IMG/VR virus record: IMGVR_UViG_3300048854_000051
Span: 1-39,468 of that record
Reading direction: 5' to 3' (one strand)
From: a virus
Taxonomy: Duplodnaviria; Caudoviricetes
Length of the DNA stretch: 39,468 nucleotides
Part shown: positions 17,709-27,336 of the stretch, piece by piece
Layout of the letters: each line of letters opens with the position of its first letter
How positions within the stretch are numbered: the stretch's first letter is position 1
Notes under the pieces: model-generated
What the model saw: only the letters and a program-made list of their open reading frames with translations
The model's database searches: none
Told to the model about the DNA's origin: nothing
Made by a program: the position numbers and the translations under genes

Positions 17709-18586
17709 ATATTGATGTCCTGCACGAACAGCTGAGCGCAGAGTTCGGCGGCCCGGCCATTGGCGCGCTCCCCGCCTTTATTGGCGATGTGATTCGCCCG
17801 CATAAGGGTGGTGGCAGCACTACCTCCACCACCCAATCCATCCCTGAGGAATTGAAACCGCTTGCCGCCGCCTACAGTGACAAGGCCATGGCCCTGTCCA
17901 CGCAGCCGTATCAGGGGTATGGCGGCCAGCAAGTTGCAGGGATGAATGACTTCCAGAATTCGGCCACTGCGCGCCTGGGTTCGATCTTCAATAACGGCGA
18001 TTCGTCGATGAATGCCGCAAGGTCTACCGTCACGAATGACCTTAATTCAGGCAAGGCTGCGACTCAAAATCCATACGCTGGCGCTAACCCGTATCTTCAG
18101 CAGAACATCGATGCAACGCTGGGCGATATCACTAAGAACTACAACAACGCCATTGCGCCCGGACTGACTTCGCAAGCGGTAAATTCTGGATCGTTCGGCA
18201 ATACTGGCGCCCAGGCGACTCAACAAAACTCCATGAATGACTTATCGAAGCAACTCGGCAACACAGCGTCGAGCATGCGCATGCAAGATTACTCGTCGCA
18301 GCAACAATTAGCGGAGGACTATGCAAACCGCAACGACCAGATGAAAAGCCAGATGCTAGGCCTTGCTCCAAGTTATGAAAATCAGGGCACGAATTTGGCC
18401 AACCAGTTTATGAATGCCGGTAACGCGTACCAGACCAATAATCAGCAGAACCTTGACGCTAATTATCAAAGCTATCAAGACCAACAGAACCTGCCGTATA
18501 AGCAGCTTGCGGCCATGTCTGGCGTGTTTGGCTCTGGTCTGGGTAACACGGCAACGGCCAAGCAGTCTGGTGGGGGTGGTAAATGA
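17705..18586 (+). CDS. DNA ejection protein 1 (gp7-like)
   Basis: N-terminal leader then KGGGSTTST; Q/N/A-rich. Confidence 0.65.
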   Translation: MNIDVLHEQLSAEFGGPAIGALPAFIGDVIRPHKGGGSTTSTTQSIPEELKPLAAAYSDKAMALSTQPYQGYGGQQVAGMNDFQNSATARLGSIFNNGDSSMNAARSTVTNDLNSGKAATQNPYAGANPYLQQNIDATLGDITKNYNNAIAPGLTSQAVNSGSFGNTGAQATQQNSMNDLSKQLGNTASSMRMQDYSSQQQLAEDYANRNDQMKSQMLGLAPSYENQGTNLANQFMNAGNAYQTNNQQNLDANYQSYQDQQNLPYKQLAAMSGVFGSGLGNTATAKQSGGGGK

Positions 18587-19368
18587 GCAGCTTTCTAGGG
18601 GATGTTGGCGATTTCGAGACATTCAACCTCGGAGCGATGGGCAATCAGGTTGCTCAAAACCCGGCCAGATTGTTCTACGGCTCGGCAGATCCGTTTTCTA
18701 CAGGGATGTGGAACAAGGTACTTGGTACCAACGATCAGCCACTGGTTGACCAGTGGGGTGGCGCGGCTCCGCAGCGCTATCAGGAAGCGCAGGACGCCGG
18801 CATTAACACTGGCCCTGGCCATGCAATGCATAACATCGCCAAGACGATTGCCTCGGCATTTGCAGGCGGTGAAGGATCGCAAGCGCTCGGTGGTCTATTG
18901 GGCAGCGGTGCTGGCGCAGGGGCAGGTGCTGGATCTGCCGGCGCATCTGGCACCACAGCGGCGGCTGACAGCGCAGCAGCGGCGTCAAGTGGCGCTGGCA
19001 GTGCAGCAGGTGGCGCCGGAGCATCATCTGCCGGTGCAGGTTATGGCCTCGGCCAGCCTCTGGTCACGGGCAGCATGGGCAATTCTGCCTTGGCGCAATC
19101 ACCCGGCCTGCTCAGCCAGGTGGGTAGCGCACTGTCATCCATGAACTCGACCCTTAAGCCATATTCGGATGCCGCAGGGTATGCCAAGCAGGCCTACGGC
19201 CTATTGAATCAGGCCACTGCTCAGCAACCGATGCAGCAAGGTCCAGCTATCCACCAGAATAACAGCGGGCCGCAGACACTGATGCAGATCGCTCAACAGC
19301 CACCAAATCCATTGATCGCTCAGCGCCAGCAATACATGCAGCAGCGACGCATGCAAGGGGGTTATTGA
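18583..19368 (+). CDS. DNA ejection/internal virion protein
   Basis: G/A/S-rich low-complexity sequence within the ejection cluster. Confidence 0.6.
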   Translation: MSSFLGDVGDFETFNLGAMGNQVAQNPARLFYGSADPFSTGMWNKVLGTNDQPLVDQWGGAAPQRYQEAQDAGINTGPGHAMHNIAKTIASAFAGGEGSQALGGLLGSGAGAGAGAGSAGASGTTAAADSAAAASSGAGSAAGGAGASSAGAGYGLGQPLVTGSMGNSALAQSPGLLSQVGSALSSMNSTLKPYSDAAGYAKQAYGLLNQATAQQPMQQGPAIHQNNSGPQTLMQIAQQPPNPLIAQRQQYMQQRRMQGGY

Positions 19369-19369
19369 T

Positions 19370-20842
19370 ATGGACGATGGAACCGGTGGTTTCGGTGGTT
19401 TGCTGGACTTTGCTAAATCGCCGGTGGGCATGGGTCTCTTGTCGGCTGTGGCTGGCGGCCTTGCTGGCGCTCGCCGCGGCGCTCCGCTCAACTCCCTTGG
19501 CTCTGCCGGGCTAGCTGGGCTCAGCGGCTACAGCAACGCCCAGCAGCAACAAACGATGAATCAGTATAAGGACATGCAGGCAGCGCAGATTGGAATGGCG
19601 CTCCAGAAGCAGAAGGCGGCCATGGGTTTCTTTAATAAGCTCAATGGGCAGCAGAGTGATCCATCGGCTACTCCGGCAGGGCAGTCTGTGCCGGTGCCTG
19701 GGCCGGGTATGATGACTACCGGATTATCTACGGGAGATCCTTACGCAGGATCTATGCCGGTTGCTGCTGGTCCTTCTGCAGGCTTCACACCTCCAACTCC
19801 TGGCGCTGGAACACCGCCATCCCAGCAGGCCAATAACGCGTTTCCGATGGGTCTGAAAGACATTGCGGCCTATCAAATGCTGGGGCTGGATGGCGGCGGC
19901 ACCCTGCTTGACCTTTATAAGCAGGCCAACAACCCGCAAGAGCGCAAGGGCGGCAACTATTACGTTGACCCACGCACCGGGGCGCAGACCTATATGCCGA
20001 AACTGGCCGAAGGCGTAACCATGGGGCCGAATGGGCAGGCTATGCCAGTCCAAGGCGCTGCACAGGCCAACGCTGGCTATAAGGGTGCCGAGGCAGGGGC
20101 AGTAGCTGGTGCACAGTTCCCGTATGCAGTGGGCCAGAAAGCGGCCGAGCAACGTGGAGCGGCTCAGCTTGACCCGATGCAAGTGATTGGCCCGGACGGC
20201 CAGGCGGTCTACGTCAACCGCCTGAATGTCTCAGGCGGCGCGGGTGGCGCTCAGGGTCAAGGTGGACAGCCTGGTGGCTATGTCGCAGGTCGCAACCCCG
20301 TGACGCAGGCTGCCAACCAGGACATCAACAAAAACTGGATTACGGCGACTTATCAGCCAACGCTGGATGCCGGCAAGTCTGCGACCGACATGAGCAACTC
20401 GATCAACGCTGTGCGCAACATCGACCCAAGTACCGGTTGGGGGACAGAAGCCAAAGCCACTGCCGCCAACTTCCTTGCCGGACTTGGCATTGCGCCGAAA
20501 AACGCCGAGATGTATGCCTCCAATGCACAGAAAGTGCAGTCGGTGGCCATGGATCGCCTGCTGACGGTACTTGGAGCACAAAAGGGTCCGCAGACCGAAG
20601 GTGACGCCCAGCGCGCCAGTCAGACGTTTGTCAGCCTGAAAAACACGCCGGACGCCAACAACTTCATTCTCGACTTCGCCCAGGCCAAGGCCAATCAGGA
20701 CGCGCGCAAGGCTCAATTTTACGAGCAGGCGCTGCCACTCGCGCAGAAAGAGGGTGACCTGCCCAGGGTTGACCGTGAATGGCGCAAGATTCAAGGCTCG
20801 ATCTGGGCTGACCCTACCCTTGCACGCTGGCAGAAAAAATGA
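19370..20842 (+). CDS. DNA ejection/internal virion protein (gp20-like position)
   Basis: Hydrophobic G-rich N-terminus; C-terminal GPQTEGDAQRA motif. Confidence 0.65.
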   Translation: MDDGTGGFGGLLDFAKSPVGMGLLSAVAGGLAGARRGAPLNSLGSAGLAGLSGYSNAQQQQTMNQYKDMQAAQIGMALQKQKAAMGFFNKLNGQQSDPSATPAGQSVPVPGPGMMTTGLSTGDPYAGSMPVAAGPSAGFTPPTPGAGTPPSQQANNAFPMGLKDIAAYQMLGLDGGGTLLDLYKQANNPQERKGGNYYVDPRTGAQTYMPKLAEGVTMGPNGQAMPVQGAAQANAGYKGAEAGAVAGAQFPYAVGQKAAEQRGAAQLDPMQVIGPDGQAVYVNRLNVSGGAGGAQGQGGQPGGYVAGRNPVTQAANQDINKNWITATYQPTLDAGKSATDMSNSINAVRNIDPSTGWGTEAKATAANFLAGLGIAPKNAEMYASNAQKVQSVAMDRLLTVLGAQKGPQTEGDAQRASQTFVSLKNTPDANNFILDFAQAKANQDARKAQFYEQALPLAQKEGDLPRVDREWRKIQGSIWADPTLARWQKK

Positions 20843-23280
20843 CCGACCTCTTCGCGCAGCTTGAGCAAAAGAACGGCCTGCCGTCCGGATTGCTTGATGC
20901 GGTGTGGTCGGCAGAGTCTGGTCGCGGACAGAATATGCAATCGCCGGCCGGTGCGCAGGGTCATTTCCAGTTCATGCCTGCCACTGCCGAGCAATATGGC
21001 GTGTCAGACCCGAACAACCTCCAGCAATCCGCCGCCGGCGCCGCGCGCATGCTCTCCGACATGATGCAGAAGACCGGCAGTGTTCCAGGGGCCTTGGCGG
21101 CCTATAACTGGGGCATTGGCAACCTGGAACGTAAGGGAATGGACGCAGCTCCGGCCGAAACGCGCAATTACATCCAGAAGGTGACCTCGAACATGTCCCA
21201 GCCAGCACAGGACGATCCATGGGCCGCGCTTGGCCAGAAGTTCAGCCAGCAGGGTGCACCATCAGCAGCTCCGGATGACGACTGGAGTGCGCTCGCCAAG
21301 CAATTCAGTCAGCCAGCAGCGGCAGCCACTCCACCCCAGGTTGCACAGCAGAGCGCTGCACCCGCCAATTCTGCGGCGGTGGATCAAGGTATGGGTAATT
21401 TCCCGACCCTATCACCAGAAGCCGGAAAGGATCTTGCGGCCGGCTTAGGCAATATCCTTGCCGGCGGCATCCGTGGTGCCGGCTCTATTGGTGCCACGCT
21501 CATTGCTCCGTATGACATCGTCAAGGACGCTATGGCCGGTAAAGGCCTGTCGCTAGAATCCAATCGGTTACGCCGCGCGCAAATGGACCAGGGGCTGCAA
21601 GAGCTTGGAGCCGATCCTGAATCAATGGCGTACAAGGGCGGTAAGCTCGGCGGGGAGATCGCCGGCACGGCGGGCATGGGCGGTGCGGTGGCGAATGCTG
21701 CACGCTTAATCCCGGGCTCGGCCGCAGTAGCGCCGCTGATTGACGCGATTGGCGCTGGCGGCTTCAAGGCAGGCGGTTTAACAGGTATTCCAGCTGCGGC
21801 CACGCGGGTGGCTGGCGGCGCTATTAATGGCGGCCTGTCTGCTGGCTTGGTAGACCCCGAATCAGCCGGAACTGGGGCCATTGTCGGCGGTGCCTTGCCC
21901 GGCGCAACTCAACTTATCGGTGGAATTGGTGGCCTAGCTGGGAAAGGATTGAGCAGTCTAGTCGAACCCTTGTATGACGCTGGCCGAAATCAAATCATCG
22001 GTCGATCTTTGAAGGAATTTGCGGGCGGGTTAGCGGATGATGCAATCCGTAATCTGCAGAGCGCTAAATCACTGGCGCCTGGCTCGACTCCGACGGTTGC
22101 TGAGGCTGCTGGAGTTCCAAGTATTGCGGCCTTGCAGCGGGCCAGCATAAACGTGTCGCCAGAAGCGGCTAATGCGCTTGAGGCGAGACTGGCAGGTAAC
22201 AACCAGGCCCGGGTAGACGCACTGAACGAACTTGCCGGCACCTCTGGCGCCCGCACAGCAGCAGAAGCAGCGCGGGATGATGCAGCATCTGTTGCGTATT
22301 CGACCGCCAGAAAAAGCGACCTGATGCGCCGTGAAATGGACATCGCACAGCAAACAGCCAAGGACGCGCAGAATATCGGCTTCGACGTGGTCGGCAATGT
22401 GCCAAAACGATCGGAAGCGCAGTCGGCAGCCTTGGCCATCAGGCCATCGCAAACGCTGATGGATTTGGCCAAGCGTCCGGCGATGCAGGGGTATCTCCAG
22501 GAGGCAAAAAATCTCGCCGCGAATAACGGGATGGCCATTGATAACCCGCTGACCTCCATTGATGGACTGCATTACCTAAAGTTGGCCATGGATGACGCTT
22601 TGAAGGGAACACCGACATCTGCGCTGGGGCGGAATGCGAAAAGCGCGGTTATGGGTATGAAAGAGATCCTGACCAATGAGATGGACAAGGTTTCGCCGGT
22701 CTATGGCATTGCCAGGGCCGCCTATCAGGACGCGTCGAAACCGCTCAATCAGATGTCTATCGGTGACGAGCTGCTCAAATCGGTAAGCCCTTTGACCGGG
22801 AAGATTAGAGCCAATCAGTTTGCGAGCAAGCTGTCAGACAAGACGGCTCAGCAGGCCACGGGATTCAACGGGGCGACCCTTGAGAATACCCTAACGCCAG
22901 ACCAGCTTGGGCTACTGAACAACATCAAGGCCGACCTCGGCCGCGCCGATTTTGGCGCAAACGCTGGTCGACCTATAGGCACCAACACGGTTCAAAATTT
23001 GGCGTATGGAAACATGCTAAACCAGTTCGGCATCCCCAATATTCTGAAGGGCAGCATGCTTGGCCAGGTGTCTGGCGGGCTGCTTGGTAAAGCTGCGGAC
23101 GTAGTCTATGGAAAGGCGAACAAGGAAATTGCGGGTCGCCTGGCGCAAGTCATGATGGACCCATTGGAAGCAGCAAAACTTATGATGTACAAAAAGCAGC
23201 CCAATACCAAGCTGCTCAATGCAGTACAGCAAGGATTGCTCACGACCTCAAAAGTTGCACCGGTCACAATCTCCCAGTAA
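20839..23280 (+). CDS. Ejection protein with N-terminal lytic transglycosylase (SLT) domain
   Basis: AESG, GAQGHFQFMPATA, ALAAYNWG and ETRNY motifs. Confidence 0.88.
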   Translation: MTDLFAQLEQKNGLPSGLLDAVWSAESGRGQNMQSPAGAQGHFQFMPATAEQYGVSDPNNLQQSAAGAARMLSDMMQKTGSVPGALAAYNWGIGNLERKGMDAAPAETRNYIQKVTSNMSQPAQDDPWAALGQKFSQQGAPSAAPDDDWSALAKQFSQPAAAATPPQVAQQSAAPANSAAVDQGMGNFPTLSPEAGKDLAAGLGNILAGGIRGAGSIGATLIAPYDIVKDAMAGKGLSLESNRLRRAQMDQGLQELGADPESMAYKGGKLGGEIAGTAGMGGAVANAARLIPGSAAVAPLIDAIGAGGFKAGGLTGIPAAATRVAGGAINGGLSAGLVDPESAGTGAIVGGALPGATQLIGGIGGLAGKGLSSLVEPLYDAGRNQIIGRSLKEFAGGLADDAIRNLQSAKSLAPGSTPTVAEAAGVPSIAALQRASINVSPEAANALEARLAGNNQARVDALNELAGTSGARTAAEAARDDAASVAYSTARKSDLMRREMDIAQQTAKDAQNIGFDVVGNVPKRSEAQSAALAIRPSQTLMDLAKRPAMQGYLQEAKNLAANNGMAIDNPLTSIDGLHYLKLAMDDALKGTPTSALGRNAKSAVMGMKEILTNEMDKVSPVYGIARAAYQDASKPLNQMSIGDELLKSVSPLTGKIRANQFASKLSDKTAQQATGFNGATLENTLTPDQLGLLNNIKADLGRADFGANAGRPIGTNTVQNLAYGNMLNQFGIPNILKGSMLGQVSGGLLGKAADVVYGKANKEIAGRLAQVMMDPLEAAKLMMYKKQPNTKLLNAVQQGLLTTSKVAPVTISQ

Positions 23281-23374
23281 ATCCCATGTAAAAACGGTAA
23301 CAGAATGCAGCTGCGCAAATAATGATCCCCTTCCAGATCATGAAGTCGATCATTGCTGAATTCGTAAAATGCAT
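23264..23374 (-). CDS. 36-aa single-TM peptide antisense to the late operon
   Basis: Manual translation MHFTNSAMIDFMIWKGIIICAAAFCYRFYMGFTGRL; SD GGAGG 5 nt upstream. Confidence 0.6.
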   Translation of the reverse strand: MHFTNSAMIDFMIWKGIIICAAAFCYRFYMGFTGRL

Positions 23375-23407
23375 TAAAGCCTCCGGGGTGAACGCCCTTA
23401 CTCGAGT

Positions 23408-23435
23408 AAAGCCCGCCATGCGCGGGCTTTTTATT
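23408..23435 (+). terminator. Intrinsic terminator hairpin before the tail fibre gene
   Basis: AAAGCCCGC-loop-GCGGGCTTT-TTATT. Confidence 0.7.
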
Positions 23436-23448
23436 GGGATGAAAAAAT

Positions 23449-24276
23449 ATGCCGCTTCCTTCCTCGATCAGTGATCTATCGCAGACTGCTGGTAGCAACA
23501 GCCCGGCAGGGTCTGAATCGCCATCGCTCATTGATGACTATCTGCGCGTCTATGCCTCCTATATTGCGCTGCTGCGTGACCAGAAATCGGCGCTCAATGC
23601 AGCCACGCAGACTATAGCGTCCGCTACGACAACAGACATTGGAGCCGCAACCACCGCCGAGGTGGAAATCAGCGGAACCACCACCATTACCGGGCTCGGA
23701 ACGATCGCCGCCGGTGCGCGGCGCTCCGTGCGGTTTTTAGGCGCTCTGACTCTTACCCATAATGCTACCTCGCTGATCCTTCCAGGCGCTGCAAACATCA
23801 CCACTGCCGCTAACGATACTGCTGAATTTCGTAGTCTAGGCGCCGGGAACTGGATTTGCCTGCGCTACTCGCTGGCGAGTGGAAACTATGGGCGCACCAA
23901 CGTTCTCGGGACGGTTGCGCAATCGGCGGGCGTTCCTACTGGCGCATTGATGGAGTCGGGGTCTAACGCTAATGGGTCATACTGGAGATTCGCAAACGGT
24001 TTGCAAATCTGCATAGGAAGTCTCGCTAGCGGCGGAACCGCCACAACTCAAGGGTCGATCTTTATTTCTTCGGTAGCAACCGGGAGTTTCCCGATTGCAT
24101 TCGCGGCAGCGCCGACGGTAGTTGCTAGTGGGCTATATAACGCATCGGGATTAGGTTGGGCAACGCAGGCAACTTTTTCTTCAGCGACAACCTGGGGCAA
24201 CTGGGCAGTATACTTAGGCACAACAAGCGGAAGCCTCTCGACAATAACATTAATCGCAGTAGGAAGGTGGTTCTAA
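23449..24276 (+). CDS. Short tail fibre/receptor-binding protein
   Basis: N-terminal attachment region; NVLGTVAQSAGVPTGALMESGSNANGSYWRFANGLQIC and FPIAF..AP...IAVGRWF tip typical of Pseudomonas fibres. Confidence 0.82.
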   Translation: MPLPSSISDLSQTAGSNSPAGSESPSLIDDYLRVYASYIALLRDQKSALNAATQTIASATTTDIGAATTAEVEISGTTTITGLGTIAAGARRSVRFLGALTLTHNATSLILPGAANITTAANDTAEFRSLGAGNWICLRYSLASGNYGRTNVLGTVAQSAGVPTGALMESGSNANGSYWRFANGLQICIGSLASGGTATTQGSIFISSVATGSFPIAFAAAPTVVASGLYNASGLGWATQATFSSATTWGNWAVYLGTTSGSLSTITLIAVGRWF

Positions 24277-24608
24277 TGCGCATCAATCTATCTCCGCAGC
24301 GTCGTGATGACGCTCTGGAAGTTATCAAAACCGGCGACGTCCTTACCGTCAACGGTGAGGATTTCGACCTCTCGCCAATTGGTGATGGCGACACACTGCC
24401 TGCATCAGCCATAACCTCGGAGTGGTTTTTAGACAAGGCCGAGCGGATTAACGGCGAGTTAGTCTTGACTTTAATACTGCCGAATCCGTGGAACTATTCA
24501 CCTGAGCAGGCATTTCCAGCGCCTTTGGAAGTTCAAGATGGTCCTGTGGTATTTCCCGGCCCGCTACCAGAACTTAAAGTTGAAATGGCTAACGAGGTTG
24601 TTGAATGA
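24276..24608 (+). CDS. Tail-fibre-associated protein
   Basis: MRINLSPQRRDD...NGEDFDLSP...LTLILP; coupled to the fibre gene. Confidence 0.75.
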   Translation: MRINLSPQRRDDALEVIKTGDVLTVNGEDFDLSPIGDGDTLPASAITSEWFLDKAERINGELVLTLILPNPWNYSPEQAFPAPLEVQDGPVVFPGPLPELKVEMANEVVE

Positions 24609-24970
24609 ATATCGATTGGTCCCAACTAGTTACCAAGGCCATGAAAGACGCCGCTGTTAAAGCCGAGCAACTTTCTACAGCGAAAGCCGATCTCGCAGCC
24701 CGCAATTCCAAAGCCGCCGCGTCGATCGCCCGCATCCAAGACCGTATCGACACCCTGGGTTACGGCATCGACAGCGGCGAAGCGACGGCCGACGACGAGG
24801 CCGAGCAGGCGGCGCTGATGATCAACATCAAGGCGTGGAAGGCGTACAAGTTCGCGCTGGGCAAAGTTTCGGCACAGACGACATGGCCGGCTGCGCCGGT
24901 TTGGCCGCCTGAGCCCGCTACCCCGGTTATTGCCGCTGATCCGCAGGCTGAGACCGCAGAAACGGTTTAA
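24605..24970 (+). CDS. Tail fibre assembly chaperone-like protein
   Basis: MNIDWSQLVTK...AWKAYKFAL...WP..PVWP pattern. Confidence 0.75.
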   Translation: MNIDWSQLVTKAMKDAAVKAEQLSTAKADLAARNSKAAASIARIQDRIDTLGYGIDSGEATADDEAEQAALMINIKAWKAYKFALGKVSAQTTWPAAPVWPPEPATPVIAADPQAETAETV

Positions 24971-25020
24971 CTGCTTCTGTCGGGGCATCGGCGCAAACTT
25001 CAGGGCATCTTAAAAGAATG

Positions 25021-25239
25021 CTATTGCGCACCGAGGCGAAATTTAATTCTGTCGGAAGGCCACAGAGACCAAGAGGGTGGCGGGGAATAGCAGCCTGGCT
25101 GATTAGGCGGGGAGGCGTCGCATCTGACTGTATAGCCGTTACTGCCAATCTCCCGGCCGCCTTCCCCTGTGCCTCGCTCGCTGTAAGACGAGCAGCCGCT
25201 TAGTAGGGTAACAGTCAGGACTGTAAGCGTGTATTTCAT
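25021..25239 (-). CDS. Small lipoprotein (moron)
   Basis: MKYTLTVLTVTLLSG|C lipobox; SD GGAGG; antisense to the late operon. Confidence 0.75.
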   Translation of the reverse strand: MKYTLTVLTVTLLSGCSSYSERGTGEGGREIGSNGYTVRCDASPPNQPGCYSPPPSWSLWPSDRIKFRLGAQ

Positions 25240-25316
25240 AAGTGCCTCCATGCATTGAGCGCACAGATTAAACCCGCACCCGCCCTGAGCGGGTATTTTT
25301 TTGCCTGGAGAAAAGT

Positions 25317-25742
25317 ATGACCGTGACAGATCGAGACAGAGACGTGCTCGCCCGAACCCTTTACGGAGAAGCTCGCGGAGAAGGCTTTGACGGCATGGTT
25401 GCCGTCGCCTGGTCCATCCGCAACCGCGTGAATGACGGCCGGGATAAGTCGTGGTGGGGCGAGGGTTACGCTGGCGTATGCCAGGCACCGTGGCAATTCA
25501 GCTGCTGGAACCAGAACGACCCGAACTTCCCGTTCCTCAGTGGCGCCAAGCCGATCCCGGCCGCCGAGTTCGCCAACTGCCAACGCGCGGCAGCTGCGGT
25601 GATCGACGGTACCGCGCCAGATCCAACCGGAGGCGCGACTCACTACTACGCCACCACCATGCCCAAGGCTCCCGCATGGGCGGCGAAGGCAACGCAGACC
25701 CTGAAGCTGGGGCATCACATTTTCTTCAAGGATGTGCCATGA
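25317..25742 (+). CDS. Endolysin, SleB-like cell wall hydrolase
   Basis: LARTLYGEARGE, WQFSCWN, DPTGGATHYY, GHHIFF. Confidence 0.9.
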   Translation: MTVTDRDRDVLARTLYGEARGEGFDGMVAVAWSIRNRVNDGRDKSWWGEGYAGVCQAPWQFSCWNQNDPNFPFLSGAKPIPAAEFANCQRAAAAVIDGTAPDPTGGATHYYATTMPKAPAWAAKATQTLKLGHHIFFKDVP

Positions 25743-26299
25743 ACGAGCAAGTCGCGAAGCTTCTCGCCTATCTGGCTGTTGCTCTGGCGTTGATCGGCGT
25801 TGGTGCTGGCGCTGCCTGGGAATGGCAAGCCAACGCCTACGGCAAGATCATCGCCAGCAACGAGGCCGCTCGCCAGGCAGATCTGTCGAAGGTCGCCACG
25901 GCCGCTGCCGACCAATCGCGTCAGGCGCTCGACAAGCAGCAAGCCGCCGAGCAGAAACTTTCCGACCTCGATACCAAAGCCACAAAGGAAAAATCCGATG
26001 ACCTCGCCGAAAATCAATTGTTGCTTTCGCTCTACACCAGCGCGAGCACTGATAATGCCCAGCTTCGTGCTGATGTCGATTCTGGCAAGCGCCGGTTGCG
26101 CATCGCAGGCACCTGCACAGCTCCTACCAGTGGTGGCAACATGTCCGAAGCCGCCAGCACCTCCAGCGTGGGTGATGCAGGGGCCGTCGAACTCACTGCG
26201 ACAGCTGGACAAGCTGTTTTCGATATCCGCGCCGGGATCATTGCCGATCAAGCAGCCCTGAAGGCCGCGCAGGATTACATCAGGAATGTGTGTCAGTAG
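25739..26299 (+). CDS. Rz: i-spanin
   Basis: N-terminal TM, AWEWQANAYG, coiled coil, RRLRIAGTC, QDYIRNVC. Confidence 0.88.
   Translation: MNEQVAKLLAYLAVALALIGVGAGAAWEWQANAYGKIIASNEAARQADLSKVATAAADQSRQALDKQQAAEQKLSDLDTKATKEKSDDLAENQLLLSLYTSASTDNAQLRADVDSGKRRLRIAGTCTAPTSGGNMSEAASTSSVGDAGAVELTATAGQAVFDIRAGIIADQAALKAAQDYIRNVCQ
26055..26261 (+). CDS. Rz1: o-spanin lipoprotein embedded in Rz
   Basis: Alternative frame with lipobox SAG|C and Pro-rich CPKPPAPPAWVM. Confidence 0.8.
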   Translation: MPSFVLMSILASAGCASQAPAQLLPVVATCPKPPAPPAWVMQGPSNSLRQLDKLFSISAPGSLPIKQP

Positions 26300-26325
26300 G
26301 GATTGTGTTCGTTCGGTCAACGCAG

Positions 26326-26574
26326 TCAGGACGCATCTTTATCTTTTCGTAGCTCGGCCAGTTTCAGGTCGGTTGCCTGGCAGAACAGGATTTCAAGCTG
26401 ATCTATGTCCTTGGGCCGCATAGCTCTCAGGCAGATGATTCCCAGCACAAAGCCCTCAGCGATTCCGCCGGCCAAAGTCGTGTCAATTATCCCAGTCGAA
26501 TGCTCGATACGTTTGATGATGTCGGCGGCTTTATCCTTGATCGATTGGGGAATGTTCATTTCTTCAAGGGTCAT
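26326..26574 (-). CDS. Hypothetical protein downstream of SRAP
   Basis: 82-aa ORF with AEGFVLG motif; co-oriented with SRAP. Confidence 0.7.
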   Translation of the reverse strand: MTLEEMNIPQSIKDKAADIIKRIEHSTGIIDTTLAGGIAEGFVLGIICLRAMRPKDIDQLEILFCQATDLKLAELRKDKDAS

Positions 26575-26583
26575 GGCGTTAAC

Positions 26584-27276
26584 TCACAGAGCTGATGGTC
26601 CGACCGGCATTATCAGCTCAGCGCCCTGATTCTTCGAATTTCCCACGGCAAAACCGACCTTAAACCACTCGAACACCTCAGTCGGCTCGCCCTGGTGCAG
26701 CACCATCTGCTCCGCGCGCTCCTTCGGCGTGGCCGGGTCCAGCCATTCGCGGGCCAATTCCGGCGACAGCGCGACGGGGCGCCGGTCATGAATATCGACC
26801 ATGCCGCCGGCGCTGTCTGCGGTGATGATCACGAAACCGTCGGTTTCCAGAGGCTCAGTGCCTGCGCTGCGGTATTGGCCGATCGCCGCGCAAAAAACAG
26901 GTGCTCGGTCCCGGCGCCGGATGAGGTAGGGCTGCTTCTTCGGGCCGCCTTCATCCACCCATTCAAACCAGTTATCGACAGGGACGACTGCGCGGTTCGG
27001 CCAGACCGTTCTGAAAAACTTGCCGTGGGCCACTTTCTCGACGCGGGCGTTGATCGGCGCGCCGCGGTCAGTTGCCCAGAAAGGCCGCCATCCCCATCTG
27101 ACGTAATCGGCGAACAGGGTGCCATCGTCAAGGTGAAGTAGGGCAGCCTGCTTGCTCGGCGCCAGGTTGAACTGACCCAGCGGGAATTCGCTTACGTTGT
27201 TGACCATCGGGTTCGGCATGCTCAGCGCATCAACAAAGTCGTGAATGCCCCGGTACTGCGAGAGTCGTCCGCACAT
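26584..27276 (-). CDS. SOS response-associated peptidase / abasic-site crosslinking protein (SRAP, YedK/HMCES family)
   Basis: N-terminal MCGR, NARVE, WFEW, IHDRRP. Confidence 0.93.
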   Translation of the reverse strand: MCGRLSQYRGIHDFVDALSMPNPMVNNVSEFPLGQFNLAPSKQAALLHLDDGTLFADYVRWGWRPFWATDRGAPINARVEKVAHGKFFRTVWPNRAVVPVDNWFEWVDEGGPKKQPYLIRRRDRAPVFCAAIGQYRSAGTEPLETDGFVIITADSAGGMVDIHDRRPVALSPELAREWLDPATPKERAEQMVLHQGEPTEVFEWFKVGFAVGNSKNQGAELIMPVGPSAL

Positions 27277-27336
27277 AATCGCCTCCTGTCGAAATTGCTA
27301 CTCCTGTGGTTGACCCCAAGCTTAGACGAAAGTTAA

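Noticed and set aside
23449-24970. Diversity-generating retroelement or invertible tail fibre system
   Set aside because: No reverse transcriptase, invertase or duplicated template region was seen.
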